Positions 39,681 to 49,504 are shown, counted from the stretch's first letter. The stretch is 64,000 bases of DNA from Thermodesulfobacteriota bacterium (GCA_049513055.1 JBEKWN010000001.1:25120-89119); one strand, 5' to 3'. Notes: generated by a model from the letters alone, not told the origin. A program made the numbers and translations.

Positions 39681-41099
39681 TTACCGTTCTCCCATCATCG
39701 TCACCCAGTACGGGCTCTCCCCCACATCGACGATGAAAACCATCTTTTTACTGATAAGATTGGAACCCATTAAAGTTTTCATTCCAGGATTTATCATGAC
39801 AAGGTTATTCTCTTGGCCATCGATGGTCATATAGCTTATGCCTCCACCCGTATTGATAAAATCCACAGGGACGAATGAAAAAGGGTTATACGCCTCCACC
39901 ACCGTATCGTTTTTTCTCCCGAGATAGACGAGATCCGTGTTCGTTTCGACCTTTATAGACTCCATCCCCATCCTTACTTGAAACCTTCTTGCCACCGAGA
40001 GAGAAAGAGGATCTATAGCACTCACGTAAGAAGACCACTCATGAATGACATAAATTTTATCACCGTTTCTGTTAAACTGACCTCTCAAAGGACTTGGATC
40101 TGTCCCTATGGTAGCCAAAAGCATTTTGTTCGGAATATCGATAACAGAGACAGTGCTGGCCATGGTATTGAAGACATAAGCTCTCCTCCCTGTAGAATCT
40201 ATCAAGACCGAATTCGGCCCGTTTCCAACCTTGAGTCTGTTCACCTCTATTAGAGAACTGGTATCGATGAAACTCACGGTATTCGACCCTGGATTCACGG
40301 TAAGAAGAAGTCTGTTATCAGGGGTAAGGGCAAGCTCCTGAGGATGATCTCCGGTATTCAGGCGAATCCTGTCGATAACGTCTTCTGCAACCACGTCCAC
40401 AATAGCAATTGCGTCATCTCCTGAGAGTGCCACATAGCCTCTCCTCAATTTTTGGTCGAGGGCCATTCCCATGGGTTTTCTCCCGGTTGCGATGATGGCC
40501 ACGGCGAGCCCCGCCTGTTTGTCAAAAACTGTGATATTGCTGGAACCGGGGTTAGTAACGTATCCTGCAAGATTTGAAAGAGGCTTGCCAGGAATAGACA
40601 TGGAGAATACAGGACTGAAGCTGAAGCCACCTTTTATTGATTCAGGATATTTAAACCTCGCTGAAATAAGGTACGCCTTCTTTCTTGCCACATTAAATGA
40701 AAAGTCAATTTTTACCGGCTCTTCAGGAGATCGAAGGGTAGCTTCTCCCTCTTCCACTTTTAAGACAGCACTTTGAACCAGAAATGAAAGTCCACTATAT
40801 GAGCCTTGAGGCAGCCTGCCTGAAGCAAGAAGTCGCTGCCTTTTCATATCAGGGCCTTTCAACTGGTGCAGGGAAACATCAAGCGCGAATTCCCGACCAT
40901 CGCTGCTTACGGCAAAAACTTTCTCAAGGGTGAATCTGAGCCTGTCTGCCTCTTGAGGGAGAGGTTGGATATAAAGGTAGATTTCTCCTTCTTCTTCAAG
41001 GGGTGGCCTCACTGTTGAGATTGCTGCTTGGCAACCCACGATTACGAAAAGAACGCAGAGGGCATAGAGTATAGCGCATAGCGTTTTCTTAAAGGTCAT
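39681..41099 (-). CDS. YVTN-family beta-propeller lipoprotein
   Basis: Lipobox VIVGCQAA; YVTN-type repeats (GYVTNPGSSNITVFD, YVALSGDDAIAIVDV etc.). Confidence 0.6.
   Translation of the reverse strand: MTFKKTLCAILYALCVLFVIVGCQAAISTVRPPLEEEGEIYLYIQPLPQEADRLRFTLEKVFAVSSDGREFALDVSLHQLKGPDMKRQRLLASGRLPQGSYSGLSFLVQSAVLKVEEGEATLRSPEEPVKIDFSFNVARKKAYLISARFKYPESIKGGFSFSPVFSMSIPGKPLSNLAGYVTNPGSSNITVFDKQAGLAVAIIATGRKPMGMALDQKLRRGYVALSGDDAIAIVDVVAEDVIDRIRLNTGDHPQELALTPDNRLLLTVNPGSNTVSFIDTSSLIEVNRLKVGNGPNSVLIDSTGRRAYVFNTMASTVSVIDIPNKMLLATIGTDPSPLRGQFNRNGDKIYVIHEWSSYVSAIDPLSLSVARRFQVRMGMESIKVETNTDLVYLGRKNDTVVEAYNPFSFVPVDFINTGGGISYMTIDGQENNLVMINPGMKTLMGSNLISKKMVFIVDVGESPYWVTMMGER
41055..41083. repeat. Repeat element copy 6, overlapping codons of the signal peptide of 39681-41099
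   Basis: gcagagggcatagagtatagcgcatagcg. Confidence 0.55.
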
Positions 41100-41289
41100 T
41101 TTACAGCACCTCCATCTGTTGATAAACTCCCTTTGGTGGAACCAGCCAGATTTTGCGAGAAACCGAACCCTAAGACTATTAAATCTTATAACTCTTCCAA
41201 ATTCAACTACAAAAAAAGAGGGCTGACATTTTTGCCAGCCCTCTTGGCATTCTACGTCGAGACAGGATATCTCGACATTTCAGCACGCA

Positions 41290-42612
41290 TTAGTCTTTTA
41301 CGTGGCACTTGTTGCAGAGAGACCTCTGAAATGTCGCGTACATGCTCGGAGGCCTACCATACATTGCCGCCGGATACTCGGTTTTATTATATATGCTAGT
41401 TGCAGTAGCTGAGACAGGATAGGCACTACTTTCGGTAATAAATTCAAAGTCGTTGTCCCATCTGGTCATGTGGTCAAATCCGGTTGCATGCGCCCTGTGG
41501 CAGGAGAGGCACATCACGTTTTCAGATCCTCCATTTGGTCCCCCTATCACTGAGCCATCGCTCACTGCGTGCTTAGCGAGAGCTACCCGGTCCGAAGTAT
41601 GCTCCTCATAAGGCACCATTGAGGTGTATGAGTTAGCTGACGTACCGCTCAGGTCGCCCGACTTTACATACATGTTGTAGTTAGTGTATGCATCCACTAT
41701 ACTACCCTTCAACACGGCGGCGTTACTTGCCGGGTGAATCAAATTTGAACTTAAGCTATCGTTGTGAATTGCTGTATGGCAATTCGTACACCATTCTGAC
41801 ATGCCCTGACCATAAGCAACCCTGGTATCAGTGGAGGTCTCTTGCCTGTTGTACGAGCTGGGCGCCACAGCAAAAGGCGGATCGTAATTAAAGGCAGGAC
41901 CACCAGCATAAGACTTCGGCAAATAGCTTTTACCACCCAGCAGTCGGTATACACCCACGGTATCTGTTCCGGTTGGTATAGCGCCAGTAGAACCGGACCC
42001 TATAATAGGACCGGGAGTCGATCCTGCTCCGCCCCGGTATACGAGCGTACCACTGGCGTTTATTCTGGCGGATGGATGCGGATCGTGACAACTGATGCAG
42101 CTAAGGTTGTTTGCTGAGTAAGTACCGCCAGGGGCGGTGTGTAGCGTACTATCTGGTAATGCCAACCCCGAAAAATCTGTGGCGACAACGTTATGGCCGT
42201 GTCTCTCGCCGAGAACTGCTGCCGTATGCATATCACTCGTAGCGGTGTAAGTAAATGTCAGCCAAGCGAAGTCTCCACCCGGAGTATAGTTAGCAGGAAC
42301 CTGTGTCCCTTGTTTGGCGTCGCTGGTAAACACGTGGTAGCTGCTAGCACTGGCCGCCTTGCTTGCGTGGCAGAACAGACAGGTGGAACTCTGGTCAGTT
42401 CCTATGAGAAGGGACTGATTACCCGTGTATTGAGCAGCCTTCCCACTTAACCCTTTCTGTGCAGCCTTTACACCTCCAACGGAGTTGTGCATGGTATGGC
42501 ATCCATCGCATGTTGCAACGCCGCCTTCATGGAAGGCATATGCCATTCCGCTTAAACCAATAGTTACCAGGGCTGCAGCCATGATAACCAAACTTAACTT
42601 CACTGCTTTCAT
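41290..42612 (-). CDS. OmcS-family hexaheme c-type cytochrome (homolog of the Geobacter nanowire-forming cytochrome OmcS)
   Basis: Signal peptide then FHEGGVATCDGCHTMHNS; 6 CxxCH; matches OmcS across length including RVAYGQGMSEWCTNCHT, CLSCHRAHATGFD and C-terminal QRSLCNKCHVKD. Confidence 0.85.
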   Translation of the reverse strand: MKAVKLSLVIMAAALVTIGLSGMAYAFHEGGVATCDGCHTMHNSVGGVKAAQKGLSGKAAQYTGNQSLLIGTDQSSTCLFCHASKAASASSYHVFTSDAKQGTQVPANYTPGGDFAWLTFTYTATSDMHTAAVLGERHGHNVVATDFSGLALPDSTLHTAPGGTYSANNLSCISCHDPHPSARINASGTLVYRGGAGSTPGPIIGSGSTGAIPTGTDTVGVYRLLGGKSYLPKSYAGGPAFNYDPPFAVAPSSYNRQETSTDTRVAYGQGMSEWCTNCHTAIHNDSLSSNLIHPASNAAVLKGSIVDAYTNYNMYVKSGDLSGTSANSYTSMVPYEEHTSDRVALAKHAVSDGSVIGGPNGGSENVMCLSCHRAHATGFDHMTRWDNDFEFITESSAYPVSATATSIYNKTEYPAAMYGRPPSMYATFQRSLCNKCHVKD

Positions 42613-42774
42613 TTCATCCTCCTAATTAGTTTTTTGATTTTTTGTTTTTACTTTCTTTACGTTACCTTTTACTGCTTACTTATAACTATTCTTGATTGCC
42701 CTTCAACCACCTCCTCCACCATTTTCTATTTTCCCCCGCATAACAACCCCCCTATTAATCCAACTACGCAAAAC

Positions 42775-42812
42775 GCATAGGGCATAGCGCAGAGCGCAGA
42801 GCGCAGAGCGCC
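42775..42812. repeat. Repeat element copy 7 (includes GCAGAGCGC x3)
   Basis: gcatagggcatagcgcagagcgcagagcgcagagcgcc between OmcS-like gene and NHL gene. Confidence 0.6.
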
Positions 42813-42834
42813 TAGCCCTTTTTATAAAAAGGAA

Positions 42835-43806
42835 TCAGTCGTACTTCACCTGGAAAACGCTGACTCCTCTCCTTGCACTCTGGCTCACGTAAATCCTTCC
42901 CATATTATCTACGGTTAATTCCATGGGTGCGATCAAATTACCGGGCCCATATCCGCGGTAGCCAAATTCTTTTAGGAACTTGAAATCCTTATCAAAGACC
43001 ATGACCACGCTTCTTAATGTGTCAGTCAGATACAAATATCCTTTATCATCAGATGCAATGCCTCCAACGATATTAAATTTCCCCGGAGCGCTTCCCCTTT
43101 GGCCAAAAGATACTATTTTGCGATCAGGGGAGAGTTTGAAAGCTTGAAAAATCGTAGGAATAGTAAAAAAGATATTTCCTTCCTTATCCACATTGAAGCC
43201 TACGATGCCCGTATCGGCCCTTTTCTTTTCATCAAAATGGAGAAGAGCAGCCAGGTCGTAGCCATCCAGATAAGCACCGCTCATATCGGTCACTGCAACC
43301 CTCATCTGACCTTTGTCGATCAGATAGAGGCGACCTTCTCTATAAATGATGCTGCTTGGCGAGATCCTGGAGAAATCGGAAGGAAGATTTTGTGGTTCGA
43401 ATCTCGATATAACCTCTCCCCTGTAATTGCAGCGGATAATCGAATAACTTTTTCCTTTTACATCATGTTTGTAAGAGAGCAGAAGAATGTTTCCATCCTT
43501 ATCAACGGCGAGGTGAGCTATATTAATATTTCCAAGGTCGCTGTCCTCGCCGAAATTGTAAATTTCCATTCCATTTTCATTAAATATCCTCACAGACCGG
43601 TCCGACCCGTCGCACACATACACCTCGTTCGTTTCCTTATCAAGAGCAAGTTCTACCCAGCTGTAAGGTATTGCACCCGTAAAGCTTGAGAGGTTGTAAA
43701 GATATGATGCCTTTACGGGTTGTCCCTCTACAATTCCGGAAGAAAGAACCAAAAAAGCAATTGCGATTAGGATCAATAACTGTTTTGCCGGGTATCTCAT
43801 ATTCAT
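42835..43806 (-). CDS. NHL-repeat beta-propeller protein, secreted
   Basis: Signal peptide; NHL-like blades (YVCDGSDRSVRIFN, YLYLTDTLRSVVMVFD, GRIYVSQSARRGVSVFQV). Confidence 0.65.
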   Translation of the reverse strand: MNMRYPAKQLLILIAIAFLVLSSGIVEGQPVKASYLYNLSSFTGAIPYSWVELALDKETNEVYVCDGSDRSVRIFNENGMEIYNFGEDSDLGNINIAHLAVDKDGNILLLSYKHDVKGKSYSIIRCNYRGEVISRFEPQNLPSDFSRISPSSIIYREGRLYLIDKGQMRVAVTDMSGAYLDGYDLAALLHFDEKKRADTGIVGFNVDKEGNIFFTIPTIFQAFKLSPDRKIVSFGQRGSAPGKFNIVGGIASDDKGYLYLTDTLRSVVMVFDKDFKFLKEFGYRGYGPGNLIAPMELTVDNMGRIYVSQSARRGVSVFQVKYD

Positions 43807-44031
43807 AACTCTTTGCTATTTCTATAGAGCAAGCCCCATGCCAAAACTCTTCGAATCGTTGCCGCAAAAACCTTTTAAAAATAGAAGAGAAAAGCTTTTA
43901 AATTCAATATATTAGATGAGGCAAAAAAAGGGGTACGAAGCTATTGATTTGTAGTCCATGTGAAAGTAGGTGCTTATTAGCGTAATATCCCGCACCTCTG
44001 TGGATTCTCCCACAATGATATTGTTAAAACC

Positions 44032-44060
44032 GCAAAGTGCAGAGCCCATGGGGCATAGCG
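44032..44060. repeat. Repeat element copy 8
   Basis: gcaaagtgcagagcccatggggcatagcg. Confidence 0.5.
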
Positions 44061-44210
44061 AAATTCTTAAAGCTAAGAGCGTGGAAGGAATTAGAATTCA
44101 ATTAAGAATGTGGAGTTTTAGAGAAAAAACGAGATATGAATCTTAGCGAACGAGGGGATTGCGAGATATAGCTTTTGAGATTTTAGATTCTAAAGTTTTA
44201 AAGTTTGAAC

Positions 44211-44238
44211 TCTATGCTCTATGCCCTATGCGCTATGA
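44211..44238. repeat. Repeat element copy 9
   Basis: tctatgctctatgccctatgcgctatga just 3' of the response-regulator gene. Confidence 0.6.
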
Positions 44239-44249
44239 GGTTCTTGGGA

Positions 44250-45626
44250 TTACGATTCAAGAATAGCGAACTTCTGCATTCGGTACCGGAGGGCGTCCCG
44301 ACTGATGTCTAAAAGTTTGGCGGCTTTGGTTTGATTGCCGTTGGTTATCTTAAGTGCCTGCCTCACCAGGGCTTCTTCTACTTTTTCCATCGAAATTCCT
44401 TCTGGTGGAATTCGAATGCCTTCGATCACTCCCCCCCGTTTCGATGCTTGGCCAAGAATCTCTATGGGCAGATGCTCCATGAGGAGAGTATCTTCTTCAA
44501 TAAGGATCATTGCCCTTTCAATCACATTTTTCAATTCTCGTACATTACCTGGCCAATTATAATTCCTGAGGAAGTCCTCTACTCCTTTTGAAATTTTTTT
44601 GACATTCTTATGGAATTCCTCGTTATATTTTTGCATGAAGTATTTCGTCAGGGGAAGAATATCACTCGGCCTCTCACGAAGGGGAGGAATTCTAATTGAG
44701 GCGACATTAATCCTGTAAAAAAGGTCTTCCCGGAATTTGCCTTCCTCCTTTAATTTAAGCAGATCCTTGTTGGTTGCCGTTACAATTCTTACATCCACTT
44801 GAATATCTTTTAACCCACCCATTCTACGAAAAGTCTTTTGCTCTACCAATCTCAAGATTTTTCCTTGTAGGTTCAGGTTCATGTCCCCGATCTCATCCAA
44901 AAACAACGTCCCTCTATCTGCTATTTCAAGAAGTCCCTTTTTCACTTCTTTGGCATCAGTGAAGGCTCCCTTCTCGTGACCGCAAAGTTCATTCTCCAGC
45001 ATCTGTTCCGGGAAGTTGGCACAATTGACTGTAATAAAGGGCATATTCTGCCTTTTACTCCGCTCATGGGTGAGGTGAGCGATCACTTCTTTTCCTGTAC
45101 CACTTTCCCCTTGAATCAGCACTGTTGCCGTTTCACTTTGGGCAATCTTTTCAGAAATCTGAAGAACTCTTCCCATCTCCTGACTCACTGCGATAATGTT
45201 ATCAAAACCATACCAATTTCTCTTTTCCCTTCTGAGATGTCTGACCTCCCTCTTGAGTTGCGAGGCTTCCAATGCCTTCTGGATGGATAAGTGAACCTTA
45301 CTAAAGTCAAAAGGTTTGGTGATATAGTCAAAGGCTCCTAATCTCATTGCTTTAACCACCTTCTCAACCTCGTCAAACGCGGTGATCATGATAGGAATAA
45401 TACCCTCATCTATCTTAAGTGCTTTCTCAAGGACTTCATAGCCATCCATCCCGGGCAGTTTGATATCGAGAAGAGCTAAATCCGGTGCTCCCTCCTTCAC
45501 TTTTTCCAGTGCCTCCTCACCCGTTTCCGCAAGGAGAACTTCGTAACCCTCCTTCTCCAAATTTTGTTGGAGGGTCCACCGGATCAAATATTCATCATCA
45601 ACCACTAAGATTCTGGCTTCAGACAT
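44250..45626 (-). CDS. Sigma-54-dependent Fis-family response regulator (NtrC-like)
   Basis: Receiver domain, AAA+ sigma54-interaction domain (GESGTGKE, GAFTDA), C-terminal HTH. Confidence 0.9.
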   Translation of the reverse strand: MSEARILVVDDEYLIRWTLQQNLEKEGYEVLLAETGEEALEKVKEGAPDLALLDIKLPGMDGYEVLEKALKIDEGIIPIMITAFDEVEKVVKAMRLGAFDYITKPFDFSKVHLSIQKALEASQLKREVRHLRREKRNWYGFDNIIAVSQEMGRVLQISEKIAQSETATVLIQGESGTGKEVIAHLTHERSKRQNMPFITVNCANFPEQMLENELCGHEKGAFTDAKEVKKGLLEIADRGTLFLDEIGDMNLNLQGKILRLVEQKTFRRMGGLKDIQVDVRIVTATNKDLLKLKEEGKFREDLFYRINVASIRIPPLRERPSDILPLTKYFMQKYNEEFHKNVKKISKGVEDFLRNYNWPGNVRELKNVIERAMILIEEDTLLMEHLPIEILGQASKRGGVIEGIRIPPEGISMEKVEEALVRQALKITNGNQTKAAKLLDISRDALRYRMQKFAILES

Positions 45627-45689
45627 TGTTTACACCAAAATCCGTGACCGTGTTGCGTGTCGCGTGCCCGGACACGGAAACGATTTTTA

Positions 45690-47198
45690 TTAATTGATGG
45701 CCGGGAGGGTAATGATAAATTTCGTTCCCACATTGACCTGGCTTTCCACCTCTATCTTTCCGCCTTGTTGTTCCACGATATTTTTGGTGATGGATAAGCC
45801 CAAACCGGTCCCATCCGAACGGGTTGAGAAGAAGGGATTGAAAATCTTAGGTAAGTTTTCTCCTGTGATCCCAACACCTGTATCCTCAAAGACGATCTGG
45901 ACTTCTTGAACCTCTTTCCCATCGTCTTTCCTCTGAGGAAGTGCAACCGTCGAGACGGTGAACGTTCCACCTTTGGGCATTGCCTTCTGGGCATTGAGGA
46001 TGATATTTAAAAAGGCCTGCTCCATAGAACTTGGATCGATCATCGTCTTAGGAAGGGATGAAACAAATCTCTTTTCAATTTTAAAATCCTCCGACCTTCC
46101 GCGTTGTGTCATAAAGAAAGATAGAACTTTATCGACCAGTTGATTGATATCTATCGGCAAATAATTTTTGGGAACAGGCTTAGCAAAGTTAAGTAGATCC
46201 TTTACAAGTCGTTCCAGCTTGTAAATCTGTTTTTGAATCTCATCGGTTACTTGTGTTCGAGGATCCTCTTTGGGGAATCCCTCCGCCATGATTTGAATAG
46301 CTCCTTGAATGCCTGCCAAAGGATTCCTAATCTCATGAGCGATTCCAGAAGCCAGCTCGCCAATAGAGGCCATTCGATCAGCCCTCTGAATCAGTTCCTG
46401 ATGATATTGCTCCGCCTCTTGCTTCGCCAAATTGAGCTTCTCGATCATGATGTTGAGATTCTCAGCCAGACGTCCCATTTCATCTCTGCTCTTAACATTC
46501 ACTCTAACACTTAAATCGCCCTCTTCCGCTTTTTTCATCGTCTCGGTCAACTTCTTGATCGGGACATTGATGAATCTCAAAAAGAGGAAACCCAGTACAA
46601 AGGATAAGAATGCAATGGTAATGATGGCAAGGATAATCGAGTGGATCTGGACTTTGTAAATCATGTCGTGCATCTCTCTCATGGATTCGGCCACAACCAG
46701 TACCCCGATCACCTGGTTCTTTTTATCATGGCATTGAAAACATTCCGGTCTGTTTTGGATCGGATTGACGTAATAATAAACGGCCTCATGGACTATTTTC
46801 CCGGCATTATTCTGCAAAACCTCCTCTTTTTCAAAATATCTATTTTTCAAATAGAAGTCTACATTTTCAACTTTCTTATTTAACTCTCCTTCATAGGTGG
46901 TTGCCATGATGGTCCCATCCGGTCGGAAGACATGGATCTTCCAGATTCCTTTGTAAGTTGCGAAGTTCTGCAGGACCCGATGGATTTCAAAATGTCTTCC
47001 TTTTTCCATCGCCCGGATGACATTTTTTTCGATAAATTCCGAAACAATTTTTGCTTTCTCCTGGGTCAGTCTTTCGATACTGCCTTCGTGAAGCGCTGTA
47101 TTCCAATAGACATTAAAGGAAATGGCAAAGATCAAGATGAGACTGGTGACCAAGACGACCTTAAAGAATAAAGAGGTTTTTCTTAGGATGGACCACAT
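45690..47198 (-). CDS. Sensor histidine kinase with periplasmic sensor domain carrying a CxxCH heme-c motif
   Basis: Two TM helices flanking ~150-aa periplasmic domain containing ECFQCHD; HisKA (ELASGIAHEIRNPL) and HATPase_c motifs. Confidence 0.85.
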   Translation of the reverse strand: MWSILRKTSLFFKVVLVTSLILIFAISFNVYWNTALHEGSIERLTQEKAKIVSEFIEKNVIRAMEKGRHFEIHRVLQNFATYKGIWKIHVFRPDGTIMATTYEGELNKKVENVDFYLKNRYFEKEEVLQNNAGKIVHEAVYYYVNPIQNRPECFQCHDKKNQVIGVLVVAESMREMHDMIYKVQIHSIILAIITIAFLSFVLGFLFLRFINVPIKKLTETMKKAEEGDLSVRVNVKSRDEMGRLAENLNIMIEKLNLAKQEAEQYHQELIQRADRMASIGELASGIAHEIRNPLAGIQGAIQIMAEGFPKEDPRTQVTDEIQKQIYKLERLVKDLLNFAKPVPKNYLPIDINQLVDKVLSFFMTQRGRSEDFKIEKRFVSSLPKTMIDPSSMEQAFLNIILNAQKAMPKGGTFTVSTVALPQRKDDGKEVQEVQIVFEDTGVGITGENLPKIFNPFFSTRSDGTGLGLSITKNIVEQQGGKIEVESQVNVGTKFIITLPAIN

Positions 47199-47383
47199 CG
47201 ACTATCCCAAAAACTTAATGATTATTCAAAAATACCCAAATATAATATTTAGAAGGGATACTAACAATTTATACCTTTTTGTTCTCCAAAAATCAATAAT
47301 AGCATCCCCCGAAGTTATGTTTCGAGAAAATGCTCTAAGGTGTCGAAATTTAATAAAGTAGAGGGATATTTTGCTTTTTTGTC

Positions 47384-47677
47384 CTATGAAGAGTCTTTCG
47401 AGGAAATAATTGGACGAAGATCAGTTTTAGAAGCAGAATAAAGTTTAAAAACCTTACAAGTTTTACAATCCTTTTTGATGCCAAGCAGGATCTCACATTT
47501 CGTATAAGCAATCTCCCAACAGGGCCTGTCCCGATAGAGGTAGGCAGGGCAATCAACATAAACATATTTGGAACAATCTAAGATAATCCAGCATGGTTTT
47601 TTCCCTTCCCAAAAATCTGACAATCTTATTTCCCCCGATATGCACCCCCATTTTAGTTCAATCTCTAAGAAAAGCAA
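47384..47677 (-). CDS. Small Cys-rich hypothetical protein (8 Cys in 97 aa) upstream of the sensor kinase
   Basis: ORF only; Cys spacing CWIILDC...CPAY...CWEIAYTKC...CKTCK; no family recognised. Confidence 0.3.
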   Translation of the reverse strand: MLFLEIELKWGCISGEIRLSDFWEGKKPCWIILDCSKYVYVDCPAYLYRDRPCWEIAYTKCEILLGIKKDCKTCKVFKLYSASKTDLRPIISSKDSS

Positions 47678-47787
47678 TATAAAAGATTAACCCTTGATCT
47701 GTTGAAGATTTTTCAAGGCGATAAAGAAGTCAAAGAAAGTTTATGATGTGTAGGGAAATGAATTTTCGGAACTACGAATTAATATTT

Positions 47788-48246
47788 TTAGGGATAACTC
47801 CTTTTGTCTTCTTCAATTATTGCAGTCACTTCTCGGGTAGTACTGTACTTCCCAAAGGTCTCCCTCGCTTGCCCCTTACCCAGATAAGGCCGCTGAATTT
47901 TAATCCAGTGCTTCGAAGTCATGATGTCGGCTGCGTTGTCGAAGATAAAATAAGCTTCCTTGATCTCCTGTCCAGAAAAGAGTTTTATAGCTCTTCCTGC
48001 TCTACCTGGAATCCTATATTCTCTCGCAATGCCGCTATAAAAAGCAACGACACTCTCAAAGGGATCACTGGTCGTAAAAACGATTTCTTTTGAAGCCTTT
48101 GAGATATTACTCCCTGGCTCTGGCTGTTTTACCTCGTAAACACCGTCCACCTTGGCTCCAGGGTAAACCTGAAATGATCTCGCAGAGGCGACTACTGGCA
48201 AAGTTAGCAACATCGTAAAGGCTAAAATGCATATTCCTTTCTTCAT
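47788..48246 (-). CDS. Secreted hypothetical protein
   Basis: Signal peptide MKKGICILAFTMLLTLPVVASA; 152 aa. Confidence 0.4.
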   Translation of the reverse strand: MKKGICILAFTMLLTLPVVASARSFQVYPGAKVDGVYEVKQPEPGSNISKASKEIVFTTSDPFESVVAFYSGIAREYRIPGRAGRAIKLFSGQEIKEAYFIFDNAADIMTSKHWIKIQRPYLGKGQARETFGKYSTTREVTAIIEEDKRSYP

Positions 48247-48814
48247 CTCTAGCCTCCGTCTTATCTCTCAAGCTTATTTTGACCCGACCATGACACTTCG
48301 TCAAGACTCTAAGCTTTTTTGGCCATATGGCTTAGGAGCGTTCCCCCAGTATTGCACGGAATAAGCAATCGGGATTGCGTAAATTTACTCACTTATCTGT
48401 GGGAAATTCCATAATTTAAGGATTTTGATTTTTCTCCAAATCCTCAAAAATGAAGGAAAAGTTTGATTACCTTTAGAAATTAATGGGTTACTGTTTAGAT
48501 TTTAAATATATATTGGCTGCTGTTTAAGGTATACATTTTGCTTGTAAGATGGTGTCAAATCTTAACTGGGTGGCTCAAATCGAGGCGCTTAACCGTGATT
48601 CCTGGAAAATTTGTCAACTTCGTTGCCAGGTTAGAGAACTTTAAGAAAAAGGAATAAAGAAGGTAACCCACGATGTTGATGTATGAGGTGTTTTACAGGG
48701 ATTATAGAAACAGACAGACGGAGAAAATAGCTATATTGGTTGAAAGGAGAAGGGATCCGAGTAGACAAAATGGGTTAAAGTGGGCGAGAAGAATGTTTGA
48801 AAAAATGATCGGGG

Positions 48815-49504
48815 ATGCCCACTGTCTTTTCGTTATGCCCAGGGAGGAGAACATCAACATTGGATAAAATCGTAACGCGTTTAGTTGTTATAGTCCTTCT
48901 GTCTTTGGCTCTTAGCAGTTCTATATTTGCCACGAGTTCATCTCCGGTCATAGGTGGAAAACTTCCTATCATCAGCCTTCCAATCCCTAAAAATTCATAT
49001 GAAAAAATCTATTTAGGACTTTCAGGGGAGGGTTTTTTTAAAATTTCCCAAATCAAGGCTAAAGGTGTGCTGATTAAGATTTTTAACCTTTATTGCCCTA
49101 TCTGCCAAAGTACCGCATCAGCCATGGCGGAAATATATCATCGAATTGAAAATAATCCGGATCTCAAAAATAAAATAAAATTGATCGGTATTGGGGCAGG
49201 GAATAATCTTTTAGAAATAGAGTTCTTTAAGCAGAACTATAATATCCCCTTTCCGATCTTCCCGGATGAAAATTTTAAAATTCACCAGGCCTTAGGAGAA
49301 GTCAGAACTCCATTTTTTATCGCCCTCAAAATGGAGAAAGATGGCTCTCATGAGATTGTTCACACCCATCTGGGTGGGCTCACTAACGCAAGGGCATTTT
49401 TAGATTTAATGGTTGAGGCTTATGGAATTAAACAAGAGGATTTGCTGATAAAAGAAGCTATCTCATCACCCAAAGAGTCTCGATCAGATAATGAATTGAA
49501 ATAA
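48815..49504 (+). CDS. Thioredoxin-fold thiol-disulfide oxidoreductase (TlpA/ResA-like), membrane-anchored
   Basis: N-terminal TM anchor, CPIC active-site motif; start uncertain (ATG 48815 or TTG 48857). Confidence 0.6.
   Translation: MPTVFSLCPGRRTSTLDKIVTRLVVIVLLSLALSSSIFATSSSPVIGGKLPIISLPIPKNSYEKIYLGLSGEGFFKISQIKAKGVLIKIFNLYCPICQSTASAMAEIYHRIENNPDLKNKIKLIGIGAGNNLLEIEFFKQNYNIPFPIFPDENFKIHQALGEVRTPFFIALKMEKDGSHEIVHTHLGGLTNARAFLDLMVEAYGIKQEDLLIKEAISSPKESRSDNELK

Noticed and set aside
42790-42812. Possible CRISPR-like array (GCAGAGCGC x3)
   Set aside because: The units are 9 bp with no spacers and no cas genes; it belongs to the short dispersed repeat family.
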